Assembly: GCA_965153355.1 (NCBI GenBank)
Contig: OZ231126.1
Span: 12,710,001-12,774,000 of the forward strand
Length of the DNA stretch: 64,000 bases
Origin: Flaccisagitta enflata
Lineage: Eukaryota
Reading direction: 5' to 3'
The notes under the pieces were generated by a model. That model was not told the DNA's origin, did no database searches, and saw only the letters and a program-made list of their open reading frames with translations. A program made the position numbers and the translations under genes. Shown one piece after another: positions 1 to 14,953 of this stretch. Every line of letters begins with the position of its first letter. The first letter of the stretch is position 1.

Positions 1-402
1 TCCTACCCTTCTTGCATCTGTTCCCATCTTTCCTTCTCACATTCCTCCATGTCTTACCAGTTCATCCCTCTTCCTTCCTTCGTCCGCGTTGACTCCCCTC
101 CCATCGAGGAGGACGACTCATTTTTTGTCGCAGACACGCGACTCTGCACCTTGCTTTGTCAGTCGGTCAGTCGGTCAGTCACATTTGTAAATTGCGAGTG
201 GTTTATGCATAAGTGCTCCTGCCCAGCCGTCCGCGACTGTATAGCCGTGTATCCGGTCTGGTTCCTTTTCAATTTCCTTTTCACTTCCCTTCTTACTGCG
301 TTACGAATCCATTCCTTTTCTTTTCTGCGCCCGCGTAGATCCTTTCCCATCAAGGAAGACGACTCATTTTTCTCAATCAGGATTTGGTTGTTTGACCGTT
401 TT

Positions 403-575
403 TGACCCGCTCGCGATTCATCAATGATACGCAACCCTTGATTTTGCATGTCATTAATGACCCGCGATCCTTGGTTTTGCACGGCATTGATGACCCGCGG
501 CCATTGATTTTGCGTGTCATTAGTGACCTGCCATCATCGATATTGCGCGTCATTAATGACCCGAAATCCTCGTTT
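403..575. repeat. ~33-bp tandem minisatellite, about 5 degenerate copies
   Basis: Recurring unit TGACCCGCG..C.TTG.TTTTGC..GTCATTAA at ~33-bp spacing. Confidence 0.75.
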
Positions 576-1379
576 CATTGCACTTCATTTGCCGCTTAAT
601 CACAATTCAGCCGTACTGTGGACGCTGTCACATTGCAGCATCATTTAATTGCAAAAGTTTCTTTCGGGCGGAGACACCAGTTCATCCATCGGGGAATTAC
701 ACCTTTCATTTCTTTTCTTTCCTCTCCTTCATCATCCAACCTCAATATTTTCCTACTTTTGACGAACCACCAATTTTCTCTGGTAGGCACACACCACCCC
801 CCCCCCTCCACTCTCCAACCATCCCTTTCCTTTCTTCCGACCCAGTCACTTTTCATCCCTCCCATGCCATACAAATTTTGCGTACATTTCGCTTTGATTT
901 TTAACCACACCAAATGATTGATCACATACAAAAATAAATGATCACTCATGAAATAAAGGATCAAATCCCCAAAGAAAATGAAAGACCACACACAAAAAAA
1001 AAAAAAGAAAGATCACACAAAAAAATGAAAGATCACACAAAAGAACTGAATGATCACACAAAATAGCGGATCACACAAAATAGCGGATCACGCGTCGTTT
1101 CCATGCCGAATTCATTAAAGAATCCCAAGAACCAATTTAAACAATAAACAACCAATCTCGTTCCATCTCTTTCTTTCTTTCCTTCTTTCTTCATTTTTCC
1201 CTCTTTCTCTTTTAATTCGCACACAATCAAAAACAATAAACAATCTTTTTTTTTTTTTTATCCTTTTTGCCACCCATCAACAGAAACCCACGTTCGAGGG
1301 AGTCAAAATTAGAGGAAAATATTCAAATGAGCAGAGAAAAAGGTGGGAGAGAAAGGCGGAAAGGCAAAAAGACAGACAG

Positions 1380-1815
<436 letters not shown>

Positions 1816-3182
1816 CGGTCATTAGATCTTTCGATCTTTCGATCTTTCGATTTTTTGCGCGTATGACTGCCTCAGACTGATGGGGCCAACAGACCAACTG
1901 ACCAACAGACCAACAGACAGACAAAGTTCCTTATAGAGATGCGAGGGCGCATCGAAAAAATGAAAGAAAAACAATCGCCGCACCGGTTTTTCGGGTTTTA
2001 TCAAGAAAACAAAATAAAACGGAACTGAAAGAATTAACGGACGGCGGGGATGGCATTAACCACAAAAAAAAAAAAAAAAAAAAAAAAAAAGGAAAAAGGA
2101 AAGAAAAAAGAAAGCAAAAGAACAGAAAGATAGAACAAAAAAGAAAAGATTAAAGAGAATAAAGGGAAGATTGAATAGAAAAACAATTTGGGATTGATAT
2201 GGAGATCTCTCTCTTTCCGTTTCTCTCTCCAATTGGCGTCTAATTAAATTCTCAGCACAAAATCCTTTTTTGCGAGAATAAAAAAAAATCCCCTCTGTGG
2301 TGAGAAAAACCCATGGCAACAACATCGTGGAACAGGGGGTGAGCATGACGACGATAAGGACGACGGTGATGACGACGACGACGACAATGATTAAAACAAC
2401 AGGAAGAATAACAGCAACAAGGACGACGACAAAGACGACACAAAGGTGATTACAAACTGACACGGCAGAAACTAACAATGGTAAAATTCCGCAACATAGG
2501 TGACAACGACGACAACAACAACCGTAACAACAATGACAAAATAAAAAAATGAAAGAAAAAAAAGTTGGGCGTTTTTTAGCATTAAAAGGTAATTTAAATG
2601 CGCGAATCTTTTTATTTCTCGAATCTCACGTAAGCAATCGAGCGGCGGCGATGCGTAGCCTAGCAGCCAATTAATTCCATTTAGAACTCATTCTTTGCTG
2701 CATCATCTTTTAACGTGACCGGGTTGTGTCTGTGTTAGTCTCAGCGTCGCTGTCTCTGTCTCTGTCTCTGCCTCGGAATTTTTTTTTGTTTTTGATTTCT
2801 GTCTCCTCTTTTTATAGCTTATAAGGGGGGGGGGGACATCAGGAGGTCACAGGCTTTACTGGTGGTAGTTGTGTATTGTATCTTCGTCCTCATGGTCATG
2901 GTCATCGTCATCGTCGTCATTGTCGTCTTCATCGTCGTCGCCGTCAATGTGCGGATGTAGCTAAGCCGAATAAATATCGACCTCATGGACATCACTCCCT
3001 TTCAAGACGCGATTTATATCTCCTCCTCCGACGCCGGCCGAAGCTGCAGCAATCACAGCAACAGCAGCAGCAGCAATGACAGCAGCAGCAGCAGCTATGA
3101 CAGCATCAGTAGCAGCAACGGCGCCGACGCCAGCGGCGACAGTTATCTTATTCCAGGCCGAGTAAGATGGAGAGGAAATGTA

Positions 3183-3751
<569 letters not shown>

Positions 3752-5143
3752 TTCTGTCCTACCCCGGATGATTTCTCAGGGGTGGTTTAGGCGGTGGTGA
3801 TGAACCCCAAAAGCGAGTTCAAAGAACGGAGTACAAAAGGATCTTATTTTCCATCGGCGTCTTATCTTTTGCTCTGTCGTCGTCGTCATCGTCATCGTCA
3901 TTGTTAATGTCGTTGTCGTCGTTGTCATTGTCTGTGTCGTCAAGATTATTGAGGTGGTTGTCCGTGTTTAATCTTCTTTAAGATTCGATCTGCGTGTTGC
4001 TTCTTGGTCTTAATTTGCATGTTGCTTCTTGGTCTTAATTTGCATGTTGCTTCCATCATCTTAATTTATCTATCAAATCCGTCGTGAAATCCTCAGTCAA
4101 ATCTTTCTCGTTTTTTTTTTTCCTTTCTTCTGTCCTTTCAACACCATGGTCTTACGATTTTAATTCTCATTCATTCTTTTTTCCCTTCCTTGTCATGTTA
4201 CCATATCACCACTATCGTTGTTCTCCTTCCTTCACCCCCCCTCTTTCTCGTCATGTAAGCCCTAAAGTAAATCTTTCTACGGCATCTCACAATATTTTAT
4301 CACACTCAACCGGAACTCCCCTCTCCCCCCCCCCCGACAGATAAATAAATCGACGAGGTCTTTTGTTTTACTGACTTTCTAAGCGGGTAGAGATAGGGTT
4401 AAGGTTGGGGTTGGGGGTGGTTTTAGGGTTAGGGTTAGGGCTAGCGTTAGGGCTAGGTGAGGGCTGGGTTTTATACATCACAACCCACATGCAACCCAAA
4501 TCTGCTCGGATTAAAGCTTCGCCCGAGCGGGAAAACCCGAATAAAACAAAAGATTTAAATCGTTTTAGAAAAAAACTCCCCCCCCCCTCCCCCACGTCGC
4601 GTCGTTCGGACGTGATCACGTGATGGCACTGGAGAAAAAAACAAGATTGAACTAGCACCCTTGCTCACTGGACATGTACAAACCTTCCAGTTCATCTATA
4701 TGCAATATATACAATTTCGCATCATTCAGGCCAACTTAAGTTATGTTTTCAGGAGGAAGTGACAAGTGACAACTTCGTACACAAGAAGAAAAAAATAACA
4801 GATATTTACACAAATCCTACGATGTATAAAGTGGAATGGGCCCGTAGTGTGGTAGCTCAGGAGCGTTGACGAAAAAAAAGCGGCTTGCTGATGCCTTTAC
4901 TTTTCGCTGATATAAAAAGTAAAACCGATCTATTTGAAAGAAGCCACACACGTTGGTACAATATGCATGTTCTCATCGGTCTTTGAATCAACTTACATTT
5001 TTTCTCACTCTTAAATCGGATCATCTGTAATTTAGTTTGTTTACATTCGCGATTAGTGAGTTACATTGAAGAAGAAATGTAAACCGAATTACGGACTAAT
5101 GAATTACTTTGTAGGAGGAGGGGACACACAGATATATGAGAAG

Positions 5144-5242
<99 letters not shown>

Positions 5243-5297
5243 ACAGCCAGTTGGACAAGCAGAAATAATCGAAGAAGTTAGATAGATAGATAGATAT

Positions 5298-5372
<75 letters not shown>

Positions 5373-5539
5373 CTATCTTGCTAAAAAAAAATCTTCCGCC
5401 CTGTAATAAAAACATATTTATGGCATAAAAACAGTTAAAATTCAGTTACAAATCCATGAATAATTTGTTTAGGCTCCTTTTGACTAGATCAGACTACATT
5501 TACACTCATAGCTACCAAAAGATACATCAAGTCATAAAA

Positions 5540-5795
5540 AAATCGGTGACTAAAATGAAGCCCTTCAAACTTGCAAGCTGTCTGCGCAAACCGCATGTCT
5601 AGCACAATGCGTTTAAAAGAAACTTGAAAAACAGTGAAGTGATCTCATTAAAAATTTGTGTAGAAATGGTACAAGCAAAATTGAAGTATTTCAGTCAAAG
5701 TTGAATAACTTTTAGACGCATTAAGCTAGAGGGATGCGGTTTGCGTAGAACTCTTGCAAATGTCATGTCAAGGGCTTTAATTATCTCACCAATTC
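5540..5795. mobile_element. palindromic MITE-like repeat; related copy at ~30132-30375
   Basis: Inverted arms GAAGCCCTT..TTGCAAG..CGCAAACCGCAT / ATGCGGTTTGCG..CTTGCAA..AAGGGCTTT; similar internal sequence (AAATTGAA.TATTTCA.TCAA.GTTGAATAACTTTT) at 30.1-30.4 kb. Confidence 0.55.
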
Positions 5796-5848
5796 TTTTA
5801 TGATTGGTTGATTCTAACCTGAGATATACATGTAAACGTGCCGGAAGA

Positions 5849-6088
5849 TTTTTAGTCGCGTGCTACGCGACTCTATACCCCGCTTTGTCCATCCGTCGGT
5901 CAGTCGGTCGGTCGGTCGGTTGGTTGGTTGGTCGGTTGGTTGGTTGGTCGGTTGGTCGGTCCCCATTTTACTTTTCTTATGTTTTTGCGGTCTTTGGCCT
6001 CACTGCTCCCTGCCAAATGCTTTAGTAACTCAAATACTGCCCCTGCCCACCCGCACGCAACTGAGGTAGCCGTGTATCCAGCCTTGTT
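5849..6088 (+). mobile_element. dispersed family A, DINE-1/HINE-like non-autonomous element (representative copy; roughly 20 copies or fragments in the window)
   Basis: 5' TTTTTAGTCGCGTGC.ACGCGACTCTA palindrome, (GGTC/GGTT/CCGT)n core, 3' CTGCCCCTGCCCACCCGCACGC...GCCGTGTATCC.GCCTTGTT, inserted in T-runs. Other copies near 120, 13164(-), 15187, 17090(-), 18047, 29330, 31560(-), 40855(-), 47678, 48460, 59260(-), 60196(-), 63476. This architecture matches DINE-1/pearl-type Helentron-associated elements. Confidence 0.7.
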
Positions 6089-7699
6089 TTTTAGCAAGAT
6101 AGTACATTCTTGCTTTGAGTATATCTGCATCTGAAACGAAGCATCAACTTTGGCAGAGTGATGCTCCTAGACAAATGGAGCTACTGACTCTAGGTTGGTT
6201 GCATTTCAAAAAGTTGAAACAAAGATTCAAAATGAGACCAATCTGGTAATTATAGTTTGATTTGTTTTGGAGCAAAGTTGGTGCTTCTTTTCAGATGCTG
6301 ATATCGTTATTAGCAATATAGTATATAGATTTCGGCGATTTGTTCCAGTCCCGATTTTTTTTTTTTTTTTTTTTTTTTAGCTGCAGGTGCATCTTTCACG
6401 AACTCAAAGAAATCTGTCCTACCTTCGACTCTCATACAGTGCGACTCATAAAAAAGGTTACAACTTTCAGTATAGTTTTACATAGTTTAAATTCAACAAA
6501 TCTTATTGTTATTCATGAGCATTTTAAAGAGCTGCAAAAAATGAACAATTTGCCACCAGTCCCATCGAATTCGATCAATTTGTTTGGATTTTATGTTAAA
6601 ATGAAGACAAATGTATCAAAACTTAAGTGGGAAAACATCAGATTTTCTGTGATAGTTTGTAGATGAAAAATTTTACTAAAACTATTGTAATTTGTAAATC
6701 AATTGAGCTAGTAACTCCAGAAACGGCTCAAATGACAGATTTTTTGAAGGGCTTTCTCAATGACATAGATTTCGATAGGTTTTTACTTGGTTTGAACCCT
6801 TTATGAATGATAATTGAGGGAATTTTTTCATCACACAAATTTAAAAAAATACTGATCTTTTTCTTCTCTTAAAATATCCATGTTTGAATAAAAGAAAGTA
6901 AACAAAATCAGTGACCATTTGAAAGATTTTCAAAAGATCTTTCATTCTAGACCAATCCCAGACTCCTAGCTTTATTTGTTTGGAAATGACATCCATTTGA
7001 AGTTAAATGGGTACATTTCGGTGTTGCGCCTTTTCAAACTTGAAAATGAATACTCTTCAGTCTTTTCTTTACTGCGTCTAAACGAATTGAGCTAGAAATG
7101 TGAGATTGGCGGCAAATGAAAGCTCTTTTGAATATCTTTCAAGTAATCTATGATTTCAATTGATTTCTTGCACTGCTGATGCCAAAAATCCAATAAAAAA
7201 GGTCCCTTATCAATACTTGTTGAAGAATTTATAGTTCAGACACAGATTCTGGCACCATTATCTTCTTTTTATCATAAAATCTGAAATAATTGATAAAAAC
7301 TAATGGGATTTGTGACATTCGCTTCTTTGATGATACTTTTTCCAATTCTCACCAAAAAATATTGAAAAATCATTTTTGTCATGAGAAATATCTTTTAGAA
7401 CAGCTGTAACCTTTTTTATGGTTCGCAGTGTATAAATACGAATAAAGATACAGAAACCAACATGGTCTCATTTAATATATTTTTTGAAGATGCTTATTTC
7501 GAAAAGAAATCAGCTCACTGCGATTAGAATTAAAGTTATGATAATTTGACGCTGTCCGCCGCGTGATGATTGAGGAGGTCGCATTGAAAATTATGGAGAC
7601 GCTATCATCTTTGCCATGAATATACAGACTTTTTTTCCGTCATCCACCGCCGGTGCAGTGGAGGGGGGTGTTCGCCCCCGCCCCACCTGTCCGTGACGA

Positions 7700-8151
<452 letters not shown>

Positions 8152-8456
8152 GTGCGTGATGTGAGTTTCTCCTTACTTATTTTTCAGCTTCATTTTATGG
8201 TATTAGAATAGAATGTAACAATCTCTCGGGAAACGTTCCTCTCATTTATTTGTCACTTGTACATGTACAAAGAAGATGATGAATGAATCACTATGTAACA
8301 ATTTCAGTGATGTCGTTAAAGCACAAGAATTCCCTGAGATCTTATCCCCATTTGCGCAACCTTATCGTAGAAACGGAAATAAAACCCTGCCTAGGTGGAT
8401 ATAACCACGTTTTTTGCTAATCCAGGTAGTCGTGAAAATGCCTTGAAACCTTTGAA

Positions 8457-9042
8457 TCAATCGAGCTTACGTATCCACATCATAGATCCAGAGATGTAAC
8501 CTAGTAAATTCGATTCCATCTGGTCAAGATATTTCGACTGCCAAAGTGCTAAATCCATTATTTTCTTCCTCTGGCAATTGCCGCAAAAAAGGTACCAGCA
8601 CTTTCCTATGTGCCCGTAAAAATTTTCGTCCTGAAACCACCAACCGCCCCCAACTTTAGCCGCGCAACTTTCTCCAAAGGCACCACTGGCTGAAAATCTA
8701 TCCTTGGCAGAAAAACCCTTCCCATTGATGACTCTTAACATATCGGTAGACCTGACCAAATTATCCTCATAGACCCATTTTCCGACGTTGAATCGATAAT
8801 TTTCATCTTCGGATCCCAAAGAAAAGTCCTCCCAAATTGAAGTGCCGATTTCGCCGCTACGAAATTTTTGCAGAAAATGTTTCCATTTTGGCCCCGGGTA
8901 AGGTTGGCCAACTGGCCAGAAAATTCTTCTGCCGCCCCTCCCATTAGGCGATGTCACCATGTCGTACTCGATTTCAATCCCCAAAATCCAACGTCCATTC
9001 TTGGTGAGTTGGTGCACCTTCTCCAATCCAAGCCAAAATTCA
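8457..9042 (-). CDS. fibrinogen-related domain (FReD) protein, terminal exon
   Basis: Translates EFWLGLEKVHQLTK...WEDFSLGSEDENYRF...NGKGFSAKDR...SCAAKVGGGWWF...SMMWIRKLD*, the hallmark motifs of the fibrinogen C-terminal domain. CAG acceptor at 9043-9045 is phase-compatible with the upstream exon; TGA at 8457-8459. Confidence 0.9.
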
Positions 9043-9701
9043 CTGAGGTCCAAGGAAATGAAAAAGAACTATAAAATCCCATGGAGATAATTGTGGGATT
9101 CGAGGTGATGATGATGCTCATGACAGTATGACCAGTCCTGAAAGTTTAGAAAGTTTAGAAAGGTGGCGGTATAAACTATAATTTAAAGTAATCTCAGTCA
9201 GCGTCCGACTTGGACGAGGGGTCACAATATCGTTGCAGACGGGTGGGCAGGGGGATCTAACCCCCATCCACACCCCATGCCCTCCACCAACGCACGGTTT
9301 TGAAGCCTTGAGGGCAGAATTAGGTTCTAAAGAGCAGATTTGAGGTTTGAGGGGCAGGCTTGAGGCCCAGAGGACCAATTTGAGGCCTAAAGAGCTGATG
9401 TGAGGCCTGGAGGGTGGATTTAGGGTATTGAGGGCTAATTTGAGGTCTGGAGGGCAGATATGAGGTCTGGAGAGCTGATTTAAGGTCTCAAGGGCTAAAT
9501 TGAGGTCTGAAAGGGCTATTCAGCCTATTCTGATGGCTCAGAGAGCCAAAATCAGGCCTGAGAGAGCAAAATTGAGACCCCCAATGGGCAAGGGGGGATG
9601 GATGGACGGAAGGACGGACAGAAGGACGGACGGAGGGACGGACGGTAGGACAGACGGCAGGACGGACGGAAGGACGGACGTCTCAAAATTCCCCCCTGGG
9701 T

Positions 9702-10028
9702 TAGGGCGGCTACCTAGAGGGTCAAATGTGGTCAAATTTCAGAACGCTTCAGCCAACTAACCATACACTCTAGGTCGTATTTAAAAAGGAATTAAGGCAA
9801 GCGGAGATCGGTATCTGGAAAGAAAACCCGCACGGCAACACTAAAGAGTTTCAATGGAAGTAAAATTGCTTTCATATACTTTACCATTGTGTTGCCGTGC
9901 GGGTTTCTTGATCAAATACCGACCTCTGCTTGTCTGATTTACTGCCCAAATGCCGCTTAGCACGTATGGTTAGATGGCGGAGAAATTAAAAATTTTGAGC
10001 CAAATTCACCCTTCAGGTAACCAGCCTA
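9702..10028. mobile_element. hAT-type palindromic MITE nested in a family B element, inside a FReD intron
   Basis: TAGG...CCTA termini, long imperfect inverted arms, perfect 8-bp TSD CCCTGGGT (9694-9701 and 10029-10036). Confidence 0.8.
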
Positions 10029-10316
10029 CCCTGGGTCCTACAGGACATCGGCCCTTTGGGGCCGCTGCCCAAAAAGGGAGGGGGTCATTTTTCATCTACC
10101 AAAGCAAAATCCGCACATAACACAGATCTCATTCTAGTCCATTATCCGGCATATTTTTGTGGACCAATGCTAAAGTTCTCTAAAGTTTCTATGTCATCAA
10201 GGGCACTGTGCATAAATCAAATGCGTATGATAATGGAGTGTACGCATTGCTTAGCATCATTACCGAAGACCTCATAAGCAATTCTCAAGGACTAATTGTA
10301 AAGCGTGTTTTCTTAC

Positions 10317-10416
10317 TTGGTGGTTTCACCGAATCCATTTTTGTAGTCCGCCCAAGTCTTATCTTTGAAGGCTTCATTGTCCAAAAAGTTGTGACTTTGA
10401 ATGACTATCCAACCAT
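10317..10416 (-). CDS. FReD protein internal exon
   Basis: cag|(D)GWIVIQSHNFLDNEAFKDKTWADYKNGFGETT|gtaaga matches the GWTVIQ...WxDYKxGFG motif. It is 100 nt, phase 1 to phase 2, and splices in frame to the EFWLG exon. Confidence 0.9.
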
Positions 10417-10589
10417 CTGTGAATTAGGGACGATAATCAGAGAAATGACAAAGATTTGAATCAAGTTGGCAACCCGCTCGGACAAAACGGGCTAGATAAT
10501 CAAATCTGATTTTTTCATTTATTCTTTTCCTTTATCACTGTGTGGGGCGTCGGTCAACGATTTCAGATCCGTGGCAGGTTACCACTTAC

Positions 10590-10643
10590 CTGATGGCACC
10601 GGATACGCTGTGGGTGTGGGCCCGCCAAGAAAATTGGTGTGTC
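10590..10643 (-). CDS. FReD protein small linker exon
   Basis: ttttcag|(G)HTNFLGGPTPTAYPVPS|gtaagt; 54 nt, strong splice sites, phase-compatible with the next exon. Confidence 0.65.
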
Positions 10644-10695
10644 CTGAAAATGAAGAGGAGATTGAGGCAATTAAACGAAAATCTCAATCGACACA

Positions 10696-10824
10696 CACCA
10701 GGTAATCTGTAACATAAAACAGTGAGGTTGCGAGGAAACGCTCAGGTTTTGCTCAGGATTGCTTAGGGTTGCTCAGGGTTGCTTGGGGTTGTTGGCTCAG
10801 GATTGCCTCAGGAGAGAAAGAGAG

Positions 10825-10865
<41 letters not shown>

Positions 10866-10885
10866 GAGTGTTGTTGGTGTTGTCG

Positions 10886-10974
<89 letters not shown>

Positions 10975-11173
10975 GGTTTTGTTAGTTTTGTAGTTTTAGT
11001 AAAAAATTGAAGGATTTCTGTCAATCCTAAGCAACCCCAAGCAAACCCCGAGCAACCCCAAGCAAACCCCGAGCCATCCCCGAGCAAACCCCAAGCTCAG
11101 GGTTGCTCGGGGTTACTTGGGGTTCAACCCCAAGTAACCCCCGGTTCTCAATCTCACCCCAGATTACGGGGTG
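10696..11173. mobile_element. foldback MITE-like element carrying (GA)n and (GTT)n
   Basis: Terminal IR CACCAGGTAATCTG / CAGATTACGGGGTG; internal GGTTGCTYRGG repeats mirrored by CCCC(A/G)AGCAACC; no clean TSD. Confidence 0.5.
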
Positions 11174-12003
11174 CGACATTGCAAGAGACAGCCGAATACT
11201 TCGGTTAGTAAGATTAGTAAACCCAAAATAAACAATTCAGACTTGATAAAAAAATGGATAAACGATTTGATGAAACATTTACAAGCGCACGAAGACCAAT
11301 AATTAACCATCTAAATTTGCTGTTCAAGCGGGCTACATTTCGGCTCCGTTTCCGCGTTTTAAAATGACCAAATAAGGCCAGATACAAGATTGATAAGTTT
11401 GTTGCTAACATATTTGCAAAGGCGGTCATGCGGGGCGGTGACGCGGATGGTCATCGGCTGTGTTATGGGTAGGCAGGAACTGTAATGATCAAAAAATCAA
11501 TATCTCGGCCAATATCGCGTCATCTAAAATACCGCGTTGGCGCGATATTGACCCTCGGACCTTAAAACGGACACATCTCCTTATGACACGCCCGGCGCGA
11601 CCGCGCGATAATTTTGTCAGCTATATTTTAGCGCTACCTCATGGATTTCCCTTCACTCTATTGCTTATCCCTGCTGATTCTGAGTGATAAAAGAGATTTT
11701 TCTTTATAAACAGTTGCATTTTTACCCACATATTATCACTTTTTATACTGAACAAGTCATCTCTATGAGATATCCATGCAAATTCTCAACAAAAATATAC
11801 ATCCACAACTTCTAGGTGGCTCATCGAAAGTGTCTGATCGATTTATCTAGGGAGTGAAAAATTAGCTGTGGCGGTGAAAATCTCATTTTCAAAAAAACCG
11901 TGTCCTATAGAGTCGCTTAGCAAGCGACTAAAAAGTGTTTCTTAATTCATATTTTTGGGAGCATCACCTCTTCGCTTGAGCTCTTCAATGAATGCTACGA
12001 TAC

Positions 12004-12177
12004 CATCCGGAGAATCGTCATTTAAATCGAAGTCATCCCATGTCCCATCGTCGAAGATGCTCGTCGGGGTAGGTACCGGTAGGGGAAATTTCTCATTAAA
12101 TCTTTTCTCCAATTCGTCCAGACGTTTTTGAATTCGGGTCTGACTCCGTCTTAACGCCGACACTTCCCGCTGGCTTA
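12004..12177 (-). CDS. probable upstream FReD exon with coiled-coil-like segment (donor uncertain, alternative end at 11968)
   Basis: ctctttaaacag|..SQREVSALRRSQTRIQKRLDELEKRFNEKFPLPVPTPTSIFDDGTWDDFDLNDDSPD; both candidate donors are phase 1, compatible with the 54-nt exon. Confidence 0.5.
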
Positions 12178-13694
12178 CTGTTTAAAGAGAATTTCAGACT
12201 TCATAATTATTCGCATCGCGTGCACATTACTCAAGTGTGATCACACTCGCTATCACGAACACATATTTCAGATTTTTTTACAGTACTAGCTTCTTACAAC
12301 GCCTTTCGGCTTAAAGATCAAATCATCCCATTGCCAATTTAGTTATTATAATAATAAATCATTGTGACACGGTGAGGATATTGTTCATATTCTCTCTCCG
12401 TCGGTTCCCTTTGAGTCAATCTGTCTGTCAACTTCCTCATCTCAGTGTAACTAGCTCGAATAAATGGACGAATGTATGAATGAATAGAATAATGAATGAA
12501 TAAATGAATGAAAATAAAACTTATGAATGCGAGCATATCACCATCAGAAAGAGATCGTTCCACTGCAAGAGCTTGGGAACGGGGTGTTACCCTTCATTGT
12601 CACAAATCTACAGGTTGAGCGTTTTTAGATGCGTCCGTCAGGAACGCAACTTTATAAGAGAGTTTTTCCGCCCGTCCGTCCGTCCGTCCGTCCGTCCGTC
12701 CGTCCGTCCGTCCGTCCGTCCGTCCCTCCGTCCGTCCGTCCGTCCTTCCGTCCGTCCGTCCGTCCGTCTGTGCGTCCTTCCGTCCGTCCGTCCATCCGTC
12801 CATCCGTATGTCCGTTGCGCAAGTGCAAAAATCGCGTTTCTTGACTGTTTTTGGCCACGGTGAGATCCTATACTGAAACAAATGATCAACCAACATGTTT
12901 TTAGAGCCTCCTTACTACTTTGTCGTTTCACCCGCCTGTTTGTCCATCTGTCTTCCCGTATTATCACATGATCAATACACGCACAGACACGGCCCGGACG
13001 CATCGTTGCCCGGTCAAGTCAAATTATCAAGCTGAAAACAAAATCTAACATTTTTGACAGTTCTTACGGTGAGCATTTTTAACGCATTTTTCTTTCTTTT
13101 TTTCAGCAGAATTTTCTAGTTGTAGTTTTCTTAAAAACGCGTGGAAGAGCAATATTTTCCTAAACAAGGTCGGATACACGAAGTCGCGTGCGGTTGGGCA
13201 GGGGCCATATTTGAGGTCACCAGACCGTTTGGGCGGGAGCATTGAGTTGAAAGAAATAAAATCATACTAAAATAAAGTGTGACCGACCGACCAACTGACC
13301 AACCAACCGACCAACCAACCGACCGACGGACAAAGCGGGTTGTAGAGTCGCGTGCACGCGATTAAAAATCTAGGCGTGAAATACCTTGACTACCACCGGA
13401 CTTAACACTCCCCAATGCGTGTATATCCACTCCCAGATTGCAGTTTGTTCTGAAATTTAAAAAAAAAATGAAAACAGAATTGTGCCTGTTATATCATTTG
13501 TTACAATTGAGACATCATGATTTGGAAAACATCAGTTGACGCCGCTCAAATGGTGTATCGATTAGCCTTCATTAGCAGCAAACGACAACATCAACCACAA
13601 CCACAACCACAACGACATCGACAACGACATGAAGCCTTCCCTCATTAGTAAGTGAAGCTAAACGTCAGACAACATGTCCTTAGAAAAAAGCATC

Positions 13695-13774
<80 letters not shown>

Positions 13775-14794
13775 AAACAACAACAACCAAGATGACAACC
13801 GACAACCACACTCGCAGTGATATTTACCTCCGGTCGTAAATTAGCACGAATAAGGACAATGTAGTAAATATCCCCATTTTGATTAACTATTCCATGAAAT
13901 GCAGAAAAAAATAAGAAAAAAAGACAAGAAAAAAAATACTCTAGAATCGAACGTAAGACTACCGTCACAGTTCAGATCTGTTTGTTTGTTTTTGTTTTCC
14001 CAGTGTCTTAGCAACATGAAAATGGTTGTGTCAATTGACAGTCACAGAGCAGAGATATAGCCTATAGGCAATCAGGCATCTTGAGTAGCAGATCAGGATT
14101 GAATGGGATCGGAGCGAAACATTGGATGATGATTTTATTTCTCGATAATGGGGACAATACCCACGCTGTGAATCAGTGACAACTCCCCCCAACCTCCCCA
14201 TCCCCGTAATAAGATCATAAGAGCCCACGTCCTTTCGGGACGATAAGGACGACGACGGTAACAATTTTGACGGGGATACGAAAACGAGAACAACAAAAAA
14301 AACAAACAAAAACAAAAAACAAAAAAAAACAAAAAACAAAAAAAAACAACAAAAACACTATCACAATCACAATAGTTTGTACTTAAATTCAAACACAAAC
14401 GAAGACAAAAACATAGAAATGCAAAATGTATGCTTCCAAGTGTTTAGGCGTGTACGCACTACGCTCATACAAATGCACGTGCCGGACGAGTGGGCGGAAT
14501 CTAAAGCAGATACATGTATAACTCTTATTGGTTTGCAGTTTTGTTGGCTAAATAAGTTAGAAATGCAGCTAATAATGTGCTTTAGCATACCCGGACTATC
14601 ACACCACAAGCGTAAGAATACAGGAAGATTATCAATTTTATCAACAAGGCCGGGTAACGGCTACTTACTCGCGTGCGGGTGGTTATACCAGTAAAGGCGG
14701 CTCTCGCCGACCGGACAAAAATCGTAAAATTGTGTTTTTATTTTTTTTAGTTCCTTCTCTCTCCTTATTATATTCATGTGCCTGTGTGTGTGTA

Positions 14795-14953
<159 letters not shown>

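Noticed and set aside
12340..14270. Further candidate upstream FReD exons (~12372-12450, ~13397-13459, ~14160-14270)
   Set aside because: Splice-like signals are present but phases and frames could not be chained unambiguously.
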